Assembly (NCBI GenBank): GCA_963754655.1
Contig: CAVWGN010000001.1
Span: 2,912,001 to 2,976,000 of the forward strand
DNA from: an uncultured Chlamydiae bacterium
GTDB taxonomy: Bacteria > Chlamydiota > Chlamydiia > Chlamydiales > Parachlamydiaceae
DNA length: 64,000 nucleotides
Reading direction: 5' to 3'
Under the pieces are notes generated by a model. That model was not told the origin of the DNA and searched no databases. It was given only the letters and a program-made list of their open reading frames with translations. Position 1 is the first letter of the stretch; every line of letters begins with the position of its first letter. The translations under genes were made by a program, and so were the position numbers. Below, piece after piece: positions 20,715-30,967 of the stretch.

Positions 20715-23137
20715 GATTGAGCTCTTTTCCACGTCCAATTTTTAATATTATCTGGATCATCCCCCTTCTCTACAATATAGCGCCGATGGTCTTTCAACAT
20801 ATAATCAAACATGGAAATTTTCTCCATAGCACAAGCCGCGACTTCTGGATTCTTCTCGCTAGCCAAGCGAATGGCTTGATTAGCTAAATGAAAGCGACTG
20901 GCTCTATTCCGTACTAGCATGTCAAAGGGGGTGGTCGTTGTTCCCTCTTCCCGATAGCCATTGATATGAAAACGTTGAGTGTCTCCACGATGGAATAGTA
21001 ATTGCTTCAAAGCAGAGGGATAACCATGAAAATTAAAAATCACAGGACAATGATTAGTAAAAAGGGCGTCAAACATGTTTTGATCCAAACCATGAGGGTG
21101 AAGCGATCCAGATTCAATGACTAATAAATCCGTCACATTGACGACACGTAAACGCAAAGCAGGGACCTCTTCTCTTAAAAGCTGAGCTGCCGCTAAAACT
21201 TCAACCGTCAGAATATCACTAAGTCCCACCATGACAACATCTGGGTCAATACCATCCTCTACACTCGCCCATTTCCAAATAGAGACGCCTGCACGACAGT
21301 GGCTAATCGCTTCATCCATGGTTAGCCATTGAGGCATCTCCAATTTATTGGAAACGACAAGATTGATATAATTTTTACTTTTCAAACAATGGTCAATTGT
21401 GCTGATCAAACAGTTGCCATCTGGGGGTAAATAGATGCGAACCATCTCTCCTTTTTTATTGAGTAGTGTATTGAGAAAGCCTGGATTTTGATGGGAAAAT
21501 CCATTATGTTCCTGACGCCAAAGCGTAGAAGTGGCGATATAATTTAAAGAAGGAACAGGCAATCGCCAAGGAAAGTCGTGAGACATTTTAATGAACTTAG
21601 CATATTGATCAACCATTGTTGCCACAATACCTAAAAAGGCTTCATAGGAAGGGAAAAGCCCATAGCGTCCAGTCAAAGCATAACCTTGCATCCAACCTTG
21701 GCAAGTATGTTCGCTCAAAATTTCAAGAACGCGGCCATTATCCGGACCAATATAAGTATCCCAAGGATGTAGAGGCCATTGATAATCGCGATGCGTCGCT
21801 TTAAAGACGTTCAGCTTATTCGACTCAAGTTCATCCGGTGAAAAAATGCGAAAATGAGACGGATTATTGCGAATGATATCTTCAAGCAAGGAAACAATGG
21901 ATGTCACATTGCTGATTCTTTTTTGACCTCGCGCGATCTCTGCCCCTTGTCTATCTAGCTGGATTTCATAATGATAAATATCTTCCCGTTTTAATGGCTG
22001 GCAGACTTTGCCCCCAAAAGTATGCGGATTAGAGCCCATACGTCGTTGCCCTTTAGGACACATGCGAAGAACATTCTCATAAGGATGTCCTTCAGTGTCA
22101 AAGAGTTCATGCGGACGGTAAGAATGCAGCCAATCGTCTAGTAACTGTAATGTTTTGGGATTTTGTTTCACATCTGGCGCAGGAACTTGATGAGCTCGAT
22201 AAGTGCCTTCAATGCGCACTCCATCGATTTCTTTAATGCCTCCCATTCCTTTTAGTGAGCGTAAAAGGATCACAGGCCACCGTGGCTGCGCAATGGGTGT
22301 TCCAGAACGAGCAATTTCTTGAATGGAGCGGATGAGATGATAAGCCCAATCCAGGGCAGCAAAAAGCGAAGCATCTAAATCATCGCCAGATACAATACAG
22401 GGATGGTAGCCATAGCCGCGAAAGAGATCTTGCAGCTCTTGATCGCTCATTGTGCCGTAAATCGTTGGACTTGAAATCTTATAGCCATTGATGTGGACAA
22501 TGGGCAACACGGCTCCAGATTCGGCAGGATCAATGAATTTTGGACTATGCCAAGCTGTGGCTGTCGGACCAGTTTCTGCTTCTCCATCCCCCACAATGCA
22601 GGCAACAATTAAGTCGGGATTATCCATGGCTGCACCGAAAGCTGTTGCCAACGCATAACCTAGTTCGCCGCCTTCATGGATCGTTCCAGGTAGACCAGCA
22701 TATAAATGGCTAGGAAAGCCATTCGGCCAAGAAAAATCATGTACAAATTGTTGCATTCCAGCTAAATCTTGCGTCAGATGAGGATAATAAGTGCTTAGAG
22801 AGCTCTCTAAATAAAGATTAGCCAAGACAGCCGGTGCTCCATGGCCAGGCCCTGTCACCAAAAACATGTCGATATTGTATTGGATAATGAGGCGATTTAA
22901 GTGTGCATAAATTAAGTTAATGCCGGGACAGGTTCCCCAATGCCCCAAAAGGCGCGGCTTGATATCATCGGCTTTAAGCGGTTCACGCAATAAGACATTG
23001 TCTTGTAAATAAATTTGGGCAGCAGCCAAATAATTAGTGGCTCGTTGATAGAGTTTGAGAAGATTGAGTTCTTCTCGATGCTCGGCATTCATTTCTTCTG
23101 CCGATCTTAAGTGATTTTTCTCCAGTAAAACTGTCAT
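20711..23137 (-). CDS. xfp: Xylulose-5-P/fructose-6-P phosphoketolase
   Basis: LLGHWGT, HEGGELGY, GDGEAETG, LSEH, RQEHNGFSHQ, EEGTTTTPFDM. Confidence 0.96.
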   Translation of the reverse strand: MTVLLEKNHLRSAEEMNAEHREELNLLKLYQRATNYLAAAQIYLQDNVLLREPLKADDIKPRLLGHWGTCPGINLIYAHLNRLIIQYNIDMFLVTGPGHGAPAVLANLYLESSLSTYYPHLTQDLAGMQQFVHDFSWPNGFPSHLYAGLPGTIHEGGELGYALATAFGAAMDNPDLIVACIVGDGEAETGPTATAWHSPKFIDPAESGAVLPIVHINGYKISSPTIYGTMSDQELQDLFRGYGYHPCIVSGDDLDASLFAALDWAYHLIRSIQEIARSGTPIAQPRWPVILLRSLKGMGGIKEIDGVRIEGTYRAHQVPAPDVKQNPKTLQLLDDWLHSYRPHELFDTEGHPYENVLRMCPKGQRRMGSNPHTFGGKVCQPLKREDIYHYEIQLDRQGAEIARGQKRISNVTSIVSLLEDIIRNNPSHFRIFSPDELESNKLNVFKATHRDYQWPLHPWDTYIGPDNGRVLEILSEHTCQGWMQGYALTGRYGLFPSYEAFLGIVATMVDQYAKFIKMSHDFPWRLPVPSLNYIATSTLWRQEHNGFSHQNPGFLNTLLNKKGEMVRIYLPPDGNCLISTIDHCLKSKNYINLVVSNKLEMPQWLTMDEAISHCRAGVSIWKWASVEDGIDPDVVMVGLSDILTVEVLAAAQLLREEVPALRLRVVNVTDLLVIESGSLHPHGLDQNMFDALFTNHCPVIFNFHGYPSALKQLLFHRGDTQRFHINGYREEGTTTTPFDMLVRNRASRFHLANQAIRLASEKNPEVAACAMEKISMFDYMLKDHRRYIVEKGDDPDNIKNWTWKRAQS

Positions 23138-23329
23138 GTTCCTTCCAAAAATGATCTTTCTTTCTTTAAGAAATCATATTTTTGGGTTTATCACCATCAA
23201 TTTTTTCTTTGGAGAAGATTCTATCTAATTATTACAAGTGATTGAAAATTTAATATTTATCATTTTAAACCAAGGCCTAATTAGTACTTTGTCACATGAG
23301 TTTCATGTGACGAAGGACTTTTGGCCAAG

Positions 23330-24658
23330 TTAAATCAGATTGTATTCTTGTAGTTTATCACGCAATGTCTTTACGCTGATTCCCAACGTTTCAGCAGCTT
23401 TTGTCCGATTTTCATGCATTTGCAGTGTTTCAACGATGAGCTGTTTTTCAAGCTCTTGAAGGGTCTTACCTGCTATTGCATTGGCTGCAGGCCCATCCAA
23501 ATGCAAGTGATGATCTTGAATGACTTTGCCACGATCCATGACAATGGAGCGCTCGATGACATTTGCCAGCTCACGCACATTCCCTGGCCAACGATAAGAC
23601 AACAGTTTCTTTTTAGCCTCTGGGCTCAGTGTTTTCCTTTCTAGATGATTGCCTTGGCAGGTCCGCTCAATAAAATCATTAGCTAAGGGAAGAATATCTT
23701 CCTGGCGCTCGCGCAAAGGAGGCAAAATGATAGGGACAACATTCAATCGATAGTATAAATCTTCGCGTAGAACTTTATTGGCAATTGCTTCATGCATATC
23801 ACGATTAGACGTTGAGATCAAACGCACATTTACTTTAATGGATTTAGATCCCCCTACTCGCTCAAATTCCTGCTCCTGTGTCACACGGAGAAGCTTGGCT
23901 TGCAAAGCTAAGGGAATTTCAGTGATTTCATCCAAAAGCAAAGATCCTTTATCAGCCAACTCGAAGCGGCCAAGGCGTTTGCTTGCAGCACCTGTAAAAG
24001 CTCCTTTTTCATGTCCAAAGAACTCTGATTCAACCAATGCTTCTGGAACTGCTGCACAGTTGACTTTGATGAAAGGTTGGTTAGCTCGAGGTGAGCTATA
24101 GTGAACTAAATAAGCAATGACTTCCTTACCTGTTCCTGTTTCTCCATTGATAAAAACATTGGCATTGCTTTTGGCAATTTGTTGCACATCTTGCAAAATT
24201 TTCTTCATAGCGGGGCTTTCCGCAATAATGGGGCGTCCATAAGGATGACAAACAATTTGTTCACGTAAGTAGTGATTTTCCTCTACCAAAACCACATGCT
24301 GATTGGCTTTCTCAATATTCGCCATTAAACTTTCAAGTGAAAAAGGTTTAATAAGATAATGAAAAGCGCCGCTTTGCATCGCTTCTACAGCATTTTCAAT
24401 GGTGCCAAAGGCTGTAACAACGATGACAAGCGTGCGAGGTGAAATTTCTTTGACAGCTTTCAGCACATCCATGCCCGTGATGCCCGGCATTTTCATATCG
24501 GTGATGACTAAGTCGAATGATTGTTCTTTGAGAAGATTCAAAGCCTTGGTACCATTCTCAGCCGCTATAGCTTCAACTCCTTTGCGCTTAAGAGCCTCTA
24601 CTAAAAAATTGCGCATGAGAACTTCATCGTCGACAACTAAAATTTTTTCTATAGACAT
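23330..24658 (-). CDS. atoC: Sigma54-dependent response regulator AtoC/CtcC
   Basis: Receiver domain, GETGTGKE, GAFTGA, WPGNVREL, C-terminal Fis-type HTH. Confidence 0.92.
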   Translation of the reverse strand: MSIEKILVVDDEVLMRNFLVEALKRKGVEAIAAENGTKALNLLKEQSFDLVITDMKMPGITGMDVLKAVKEISPRTLVIVVTAFGTIENAVEAMQSGAFHYLIKPFSLESLMANIEKANQHVVLVEENHYLREQIVCHPYGRPIIAESPAMKKILQDVQQIAKSNANVFINGETGTGKEVIAYLVHYSSPRANQPFIKVNCAAVPEALVESEFFGHEKGAFTGAASKRLGRFELADKGSLLLDEITEIPLALQAKLLRVTQEQEFERVGGSKSIKVNVRLISTSNRDMHEAIANKVLREDLYYRLNVVPIILPPLRERQEDILPLANDFIERTCQGNHLERKTLSPEAKKKLLSYRWPGNVRELANVIERSIVMDRGKVIQDHHLHLDGPAANAIAGKTLQELEKQLIVETLQMHENRTKAAETLGISVKTLRDKLQEYNLI

Positions 24659-24665
24659 TCTGTTT

Positions 24666-25943
24666 CTATTCTCCTAACTTTAGCGGAATTTTAATTGTAA
24701 ATACTGAACCTTTGCTAACTTGCGACTGCACTTCAATCCATCCCTGATGAGCTTGAATGACTTTATGAACTTCTGCCAATCCTAAGCCATTGCCTGTTTC
24801 TTTAGTGGTAAAAAAGGGTGAAAAAATCTTAGATAAATTTTCTGTTGGAATTCCCATTCCCGTATCTTCAATATGCAGAGTCACCCAGGAGGAATCGGGT
24901 TCTATTCTAACCAAAAGACGGCCTCCCGCGGGCATGGCTTGAGCAGCATTGACAAACACATTCAACAGAGCAGACTTAAATAGCTGCGGATCAAGTGGAA
25001 CAATGAGAGAAGAAACAGGAGTTTGAATAATAAAATCAATTTGAGTATTCCAATTGAGATCTATTTGCATAAGCTGCTTGATTTCTTCAATTAAGTGAAT
25101 CAAATCCACATTTTCGATATGCAGATGAAAAGGACGTGCATATTGTAGCACCTGCGAGACAAATTGATTGAGATCATCTGATCCTTGTACAATATAAGCA
25201 GCCATTTGCTGCAGATCAGGACGCTCTTTCAACTCTTGCTGCAATAAAGTGGCAAATCCCTTGATTCCTCCTAAAGGGTTGCGAATTTCATGAGCCAGGT
25301 GAGCGGCGAGCTCTCCTAAATCTTTCAAGCGATCGTAGCGGTTAGCCACTTGCTGCAAGCGGCGAAATTGGGTAATATCGCGCAATAAGACCAGCAGCCC
25401 CTGAATAGGGGTTGAGGAAGTTTGGCGATGGGCCAAAGAATATGTTTGCTGACTCATAGCCACAAAGGTCCCCTCGATTTCCAATTCCATGACTTGCCCT
25501 TGTCGGCTCCAAGATAAAAATGTCATTTTGGGACATTGTTTTGTATCAAAAGCCTCTTGCAAAGAAAAACCTAAGAATTTGTCGTCAAAACGATCACTAA
25601 AAGGATGAAAAAGCAGATCTTTTTCTGGAATTTGCAGAATTTGCTGAGCAGCAGCATTGTAAGTGGTGACAATCCCCTTTAGGTCAATAAAAAGAATTCC
25701 TTGGGAAATATGATGCAAAATGGTTTCCAAATAACGTGAAACAAAGTCTAATTCACTCAACTTTCCCGCAACGCGCGTATGAGATTCCTGCAAAGCCATT
25801 TGAACAGAGTTAAATCGATCTTGCAGATTGCGGTAGGTCATTTCCAGCCGCTCTGTTTCTAAAAAAAATTGTTTAAACGCTTGTTCTAAATTAAAAGAAT
25901 TGCTTGACAATGCAGGCGAAGAAAAAGATTGAGGTGTTGACAT
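24666..25943 (-). CDS. atoS: PAS sensor histidine kinase AtoS/CtcB
   Basis: AHEIRNPL, NAAQAM, DTGMGI, FFTTK, GNGLGL. Confidence 0.9.
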   Translation of the reverse strand: MSTPQSFSSPALSSNSFNLEQAFKQFFLETERLEMTYRNLQDRFNSVQMALQESHTRVAGKLSELDFVSRYLETILHHISQGILFIDLKGIVTTYNAAAQQILQIPEKDLLFHPFSDRFDDKFLGFSLQEAFDTKQCPKMTFLSWSRQGQVMELEIEGTFVAMSQQTYSLAHRQTSSTPIQGLLVLLRDITQFRRLQQVANRYDRLKDLGELAAHLAHEIRNPLGGIKGFATLLQQELKERPDLQQMAAYIVQGSDDLNQFVSQVLQYARPFHLHIENVDLIHLIEEIKQLMQIDLNWNTQIDFIIQTPVSSLIVPLDPQLFKSALLNVFVNAAQAMPAGGRLLVRIEPDSSWVTLHIEDTGMGIPTENLSKIFSPFFTTKETGNGLGLAEVHKVIQAHQGWIEVQSQVSKGSVFTIKIPLKLGE

Positions 25944-26046
25944 ATAAAAGCTAATTAAAGTATATATTGTTCCTTTTATTTTACTCTAAATCAGAGAATA
26001 AAACAAATCCCTATGGAAAAAAAGGGGCAAAAATTTTCAATTGTCA

Positions 26047-26075
26047 TTGCAGAAAATCCTCTTTTTTGTCATAAT
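26047..26075 (+). promoter_or_regulatory. sigma66/70-type promoter of rpsD
   Basis: TTGCAG-N17-CATAAT. Confidence 0.6.
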
Positions 26076-26131
26076 TCGCACTTGCAATCTAAACAATTAG
26101 AGATTGCACAGACAAATCGTTAGGAGATCAA

Positions 26132-26752
26132 ATGGTTCGTTATACAGGTAATAAAAATCGCATTGCCCGACGTTTTGGCGTCAACATCTTTGGGCGTACC
26201 CGCAATCCTCTACTGCATAAGCCCAATCCGCCAGGAGTGCATGGTGCTCGTCGGCGCAAAAAATCTGACTATGGCCTTCAGTTAGAAGAAAAGCAAAAGT
26301 TAAAAGCAATTTATGGAATGCTAACTGAAAAACAATTGGTTGGCTATTACAAGAAAGCTGTGGCGCTAGAAGGCAATACTGCGCAGCATTTTACTGAAAT
26401 GCTCGAGTGCCGTCTCGATAATATCGTGTATCGTTTGAAATTAGCCCCTACTATTTTTGCAGCCCAGCAGCTCGTTTCTCACGGGCATGTTCAAGTGGAT
26501 GGCAAGAAAGTCGATCGCCGCTCATTCCAAGTCAAACCTGGCATGGTGGTTTCGATTAAAGAAAAATCTCGTTCGATGAAGATCATCAATCAAGCCATGG
26601 ATAGTCCACATCGCGCTATTCCTGACTATCTTTCATTTGATAAAGCTCATCATTCTGGACAACTCTTGTCGAGCCCATTGGCTGAACAAATGCCATGGCC
26701 AATTGAGATTAGCCTTCCTGTGATTTGTGACTTTTTAGCTCATACGACCTAA
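26132..26752 (+). CDS. rpsD: 30S ribosomal protein S4
   Basis: [40 protein letters not shown]. Confidence 0.97.
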   Translation: MVRYTGNKNRIARRFGVNIFGRTRNPLLHKPNPPGVHGARRRKKSDYGLQLEEKQKLKAIYGMLTEKQLVGYYKKAVALEGNTAQHFTEMLECRLDNIVYRLKLAPTIFAAQQLVSHGHVQVDGKKVDRRSFQVKPGMVVSIKEKSRSMKIINQAMDSPHRAIPDYLSFDKAHHSGQLLSSPLAEQMPWPIEISLPVICDFLAHTT

Positions 26753-26844
26753 GGCCAAGCGCTTACTTTTTTCTTTGTTTCAAGACGATTGTGGTTGTTT
26801 ACACAGCTTCTATCGTCTTTCCTTTTAAAGAGGCCTTGGATTTG

Positions 26845-27057
26845 ATGTTAACAAAATTTTTAATTATTATCATTCGTCTCTATCAAGTGGCAATTAGCCC
26901 TTTTTTGGGGTTATGCTGCCGTTTTTATCCGACTTGTTCTGCTTATATGATCGAGGCTCTCAAGAGCCATGGCTTTTTCAAGGGAGGCTGGCTAGGTCTT
27001 AAGCGCTTATGTAAATGCCACCCGTGGCATCCTGGCGGTCATGATCCTGTTCCTTAA
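26845..27057 (+). CDS. yidD: Membrane protein insertion efficiency factor
   Basis: [25 protein letters not shown]. Confidence 0.93.
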   Translation: MLTKFLIIIIRLYQVAISPFLGLCCRFYPTCSAYMIEALKSHGFFKGGWLGLKRLCKCHPWHPGGHDPVP

Positions 27058-27094
27058 AACTCATGTAATGGAGTACTATTACTATAGACACCAT

Positions 27095-27976
27095 GGTCAA
27101 GTTGACCGCTTTTAAAACAATGTTCGGACATGAAATAAATATTTATACGTAAATTAAAATATGATAAAAATTTTAATTTCTTGCTATATCGCGGAGCGAT
27201 AAAAGTGGGAAGCCCCGCATGCAGCGTAAGGCCGGTAGGCCTGAAGCGGAATGTGGGGCTGCCAAACCAAATTCTTAAGTCGCGGAAGCGACGACAGAGG
27301 GAGATATGACTCATTCCTATCGGCTGCATTATTTCCATCTTATTTGGTCAACCAGACAGCGACTCCCTCATATCGCTCCTGATGTTCAATCCCGTCTTTA
27401 TCCCTATTTGGGAGCTATTACACGGAATCATTCAGGAAAACTGTTAGAGATCGGAGGAATGTCAGATCATGTTCATTTATTAATAGAGCTTTCTTTACTC
27501 GATAAATTTTCTCATTTTATCAGAGATCTAAAAGCATCTTCCTCTCAATGGATTCATAAAAATTTTCCCAATCTCCATGATTTTGCCTGGCAAGAAGGCT
27601 ATGGATCTTTTTCCGTAAGTTATTCAGCTCTACAAGATGTACAGAAGTACATACAAAATCAAGAACAACATCATGCAACTATGTCATTTAAGGATGAATA
27701 TCTTAAATTCTTGAAACATCATCATGTAAAATATGATGAAAGATTTGTATTGGGATGATCACATTCACTATCCTTACGCTGCTCCCGCAGCTTAATGATC
27801 TTTTGGATACACCCCCACATTCCGCTTCAGGCCTACCGGCCTTACGCTACATGCGGGCTTCCCACTTTTATCGCTCCGCGATATAGCAAGAAATTAAAGT
27901 TTTTATCCTGTTTTAATTGACGTATAAATATTTATTTTATGTCCGAACATTGTTTTAAAAAGCGGTCAAGTTGACC
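27095..27976 (+). mobile_element. Y1 tnpA element with ~200-bp inverted arms
   Basis: 27095-~27295 is the reverse complement of ~27775-27976 (near-identical over ~165 bp, looser inward); both ends read GGTCAAGTTGACC. Confidence 0.88.
27306..27758 (+). CDS. tnpA: IS200/IS605-superfamily Y1 HUH transposase
   Basis: HLIWST, DHVHLL (HUH), WQEGYGSFSVS, YIQNQ. Confidence 0.93.
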   Translation: MTHSYRLHYFHLIWSTRQRLPHIAPDVQSRLYPYLGAITRNHSGKLLEIGGMSDHVHLLIELSLLDKFSHFIRDLKASSSQWIHKNFPNLHDFAWQEGYGSFSVSYSALQDVQKYIQNQEQHHATMSFKDEYLKFLKHHHVKYDERFVLG

Positions 27977-28002
27977 CACTTATATCATGGTGAGAAACTT
28001 CT

Positions 28003-29151
28003 ATGGCTATAAACTCTTTCCCTCTTGTCAGTGTCATTATTCCTACCTATAACCAAGCGCGCTATCTGCCAGAAGCATTAGATAGCGTTCTTCAACAAAC
28101 TTATCCTTCAATCGAATTGATCGTCATTGACGATGGATCAACCGATGAGACAGTCCTGATTGGAAAACGCTATGAACAAGATTCTAGAGTTCATTGGATA
28201 AAGCAAACGAATCAAGGGCCTGCCCATGCACGCAATCACGGCATTTCACAAGCTCAAGGAGAGTATATTTGCTTATTGGACAGCGATGATATCATGCATT
28301 CTGAACGCGTTGCAAAGCAATATGAAGTCTTTCAAAAAAATCCCTCTATCGACATTGTTTATACAGCTTTAGAATTAATCGATTCTCAAGGCCACTCCTT
28401 AGGAATCATGCAAGGTCAACAAATTCCATCAATTGATTTTCTAGCCTTCATGCTCTTCCGCAATCTCATTCCCACCTCAAGCGTCATCATGTCCAAAAGC
28501 CACTGTTTAAAAGAGCACCCCTATCATACTGCTTACAGACATGCGGAGGATTATGAGCTTATGCTGCGTTTAGCCCACCTCTTTCACTTTCATTATCTCG
28601 ATGTTCCTTTAACGCGCTACCGCCGCCACAAGACCAACCTTTCTAATGATCTAGAAGCTCATCGGACCACCGAATGCAAAGTATTGCAAAAATATCCCCG
28701 CTCCCAGATTGATCAAATTGTGAATCAAACGACCCTTCCACCTGAGGAAAAGGAGCTTCTCAAAGGACGTATTCTGTTTAACCAAGAACACTTTGAAGAT
28801 GCTTTAACTCTCTTTAAGCAGCTTCACTTAAGTTTAGCTCTCTTTTATCAAGGCAACTGCCTTCTGCGGCTCCATCATCCTCTGCAAGCCTTGCAAGCCT
28901 ATCAACAAGCACTCGCGCAAGATCAAACTAACCCTGCCTGCTATAACAATTTAGGAGTCGCCTACGCCCTTGAAGGAAAATTAGATCAAGCCAAAGAATG
29001 CTTTCGACAAGCCTTAGCTCTTAACAAAAGCTACCTCGATGCTCAATTTAATCTTCATCATTCGCTGGATCAATGGCGCGTGACCTGGCGTGAGCTGCGC
29101 CCCACTCTACTTCCCTACCATTCATTAAAAAGATCATCCCATGAACAGTAA
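28003..29151 (+). CDS. GT2 glycosyltransferase with C-terminal TPRs
   Basis: VSVIIPTYN, IDDGSTD, LDSDD, EDYEL; YNNLGVAY TPR. Confidence 0.92.
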   Translation: MAINSFPLVSVIIPTYNQARYLPEALDSVLQQTYPSIELIVIDDGSTDETVLIGKRYEQDSRVHWIKQTNQGPAHARNHGISQAQGEYICLLDSDDIMHSERVAKQYEVFQKNPSIDIVYTALELIDSQGHSLGIMQGQQIPSIDFLAFMLFRNLIPTSSVIMSKSHCLKEHPYHTAYRHAEDYELMLRLAHLFHFHYLDVPLTRYRRHKTNLSNDLEAHRTTECKVLQKYPRSQIDQIVNQTTLPPEEKELLKGRILFNQEHFEDALTLFKQLHLSLALFYQGNCLLRLHHPLQALQAYQQALAQDQTNPACYNNLGVAYALEGKLDQAKECFRQALALNKSYLDAQFNLHHSLDQWRVTWRELRPTLLPYHSLKRSSHEQ

Positions 29152-29218
29152 ACGCCTCTATTTCGAAACAAGATGGAATCGCTATTAGAATCGAAGCCTA
29201 TTCTATTGTTTACGCTTC

Positions 29219-29520
29219 TTAAACAAAATTCATATAAACAAAATTGGATCCTGCTTCAGGATATACTCCCCATGCACGTAATTGATGTCTAAAAGGCGGA
29301 GTTACCTGATTTCCTGGTAATAGAAAATCCATCCAGTCAGCCCATGTTTTTACGCTTCCTGTTATAAAACTAAAGGGCCAAGGAAAGTGTCTCAAAAATT
29401 CTTGAAAAGTTAAATCCACCTTTGAACCTGTCCCATGTTGAATGGACAAAATAAGCGTGGATACGACAACACATCTCTTCATGGCTTCTCGAAATTGAGT
29501 AATCTCACCATCACCAAAAA
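29219..29520 (-). pseudogene. Possible gene remnant
   Basis: 87-codon ORF whose frame stays open ~15 codons upstream to a stop beside a 7-T run; no RBS seen. Confidence 0.25.
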
Positions 29521-29545
29521 AAGTTTAAATTGATAGTTACCGTCT

Positions 29546-30967
29546 TCATTTTCCTTCAGAAGGCTTGGGAATCTTAAGCGCCATGCCGGCTTTAAGAGTA
29601 TCGGATTTGAGGCTATTAAGCTTTTTGATTTCATCTACTTTGATGCCAAAACGCTGCGCAATTTTCCATAAGGAATCTCCTTCTTTCACAACATAGATCA
29701 CTGCTTTGGCTTGGATGAGCGATGCCTCTTTCTTAGCTAATGGTTTCTTTGTCGCTTTAAAAACTAGCTTTGGGGACGCCGCTTGAGCAACAAGGGGCAT
29801 TGACTTAGATGACGCACTGGGTTTAATAGGTGTAGCCCTACCTGCCTTAGCGCGCACAAGCGGAAGCGATGGAGGAATAGGAGCTAAAACAACAGGCGGC
29901 TTTGAGACAAGCTCTATAGAAGCCTTCTCTGGAACAAAACGCACTAAAGCAGCGTAATGGGTCCAATCTGTTGGTAGCTGTTCGCCTGCTTGGAGGTAAA
30001 GCCATTGAGAGGCTTGTCGCCACACCTGAGTGCTGCGCGGACTCACCAACATTTCTTTAGCGAAGATCATTCCCTCTGGCAAACTGAGCGGCATTAATTG
30101 CAAAATGGCCAACACTTGTTGATCATCTAATTTTTTGACAGCAAAATCCCAATCTGTCTTTAGCAATAAAACAGCAGCCGATGGCGAACCTGCTTTCACA
30201 TAATCTAACAGAAATTTCTGGCGGCGTGCATCAGAGGAATCATGCACTTGCCTTTGCTGATCGACAAACTGCTTGAGAACCATCCAATTGCCTTCTAAAA
30301 GCACCGTCAAAATCTCTTGTTTATCCATCCTTTGTCCTGCACGATTAAACAAAAGCTCCACTGTCCAAAATTCAGGAGTCAGTACAAACGTTTCGATGAG
30401 AGGATGATCAAAAGAATTGTTCTCTTTCTGATTTTTTAATAATAAAAAAAGCCCTTCGGCTGTTAAAGGCCAGCGCTCTGTTTTGGCAAATTGAATGAGA
30501 GCATCAAATTGCGGCTGTGTCAGATCGGGATAGACAATCAAGGGAATAGCAAGTTCTTGCCGCTTTGGCTTCCATGCCAGAAAACGCTTTTGTTGAGGTT
30601 GAGCATTTTTAGGAAGAGCACGTTGAATATCAAAATAGTGAAAAGCTGTTAAACAAGCCAAAGCCAAGTCTCTTTCGGCATAGCCATTTTCAATCAGTTG
30701 AGCATGGGATAAACGGCTCACAAGCTGAGAAAAGGAAAGCTGCGACAATTGAGCAAGCATCTCTGCGCATCCCCTCTGATCAGCTAAGGGAATTTGCTGT
30801 TGCTCGGAGCTTGCGGGCTTCAACTCGCAATAAGAGGTAGGCAGACGCTCGCTCAGTACCCAATAAAGCAATAGAGATAATACTCCAATGTTGAGCGCTC
30901 CACTCACAATCAGAGCTAAGCTCAAATGGCGAATTCTCTTAGTAAATAGCGTGGGATCGGATGTCAT
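29546..30967 (-). CDS. Membrane-anchored LysM protein
   Basis: N-terminal TM; C-terminal [13 protein letters not shown]...LKIP. Confidence 0.9.
   Translation of the reverse strand: MTSDPTLFTKRIRHLSLALIVSGALNIGVLSLLLYWVLSERLPTSYCELKPASSEQQQIPLADQRGCAEMLAQLSQLSFSQLVSRLSHAQLIENGYAERDLALACLTAFHYFDIQRALPKNAQPQQKRFLAWKPKRQELAIPLIVYPDLTQPQFDALIQFAKTERWPLTAEGLFLLLKNQKENNSFDHPLIETFVLTPEFWTVELLFNRAGQRMDKQEILTVLLEGNWMVLKQFVDQQRQVHDSSDARRQKFLLDYVKAGSPSAAVLLLKTDWDFAVKKLDDQQVLAILQLMPLSLPEGMIFAKEMLVSPRSTQVWRQASQWLYLQAGEQLPTDWTHYAALVRFVPEKASIELVSKPPVVLAPIPPSLPLVRAKAGRATPIKPSASSKSMPLVAQAASPKLVFKATKKPLAKKEASLIQAKAVIYVVKEGDSLWKIAQRFGIKVDEIKKLNSLKSDTLKAGMALKIPKPSEGK

Noticed and set aside
27054..27338. 94-aa minus-strand ORF next to tnpA
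   Set aside because: It lies in the inverted arm, and there is no tnpB-like partner in the element.
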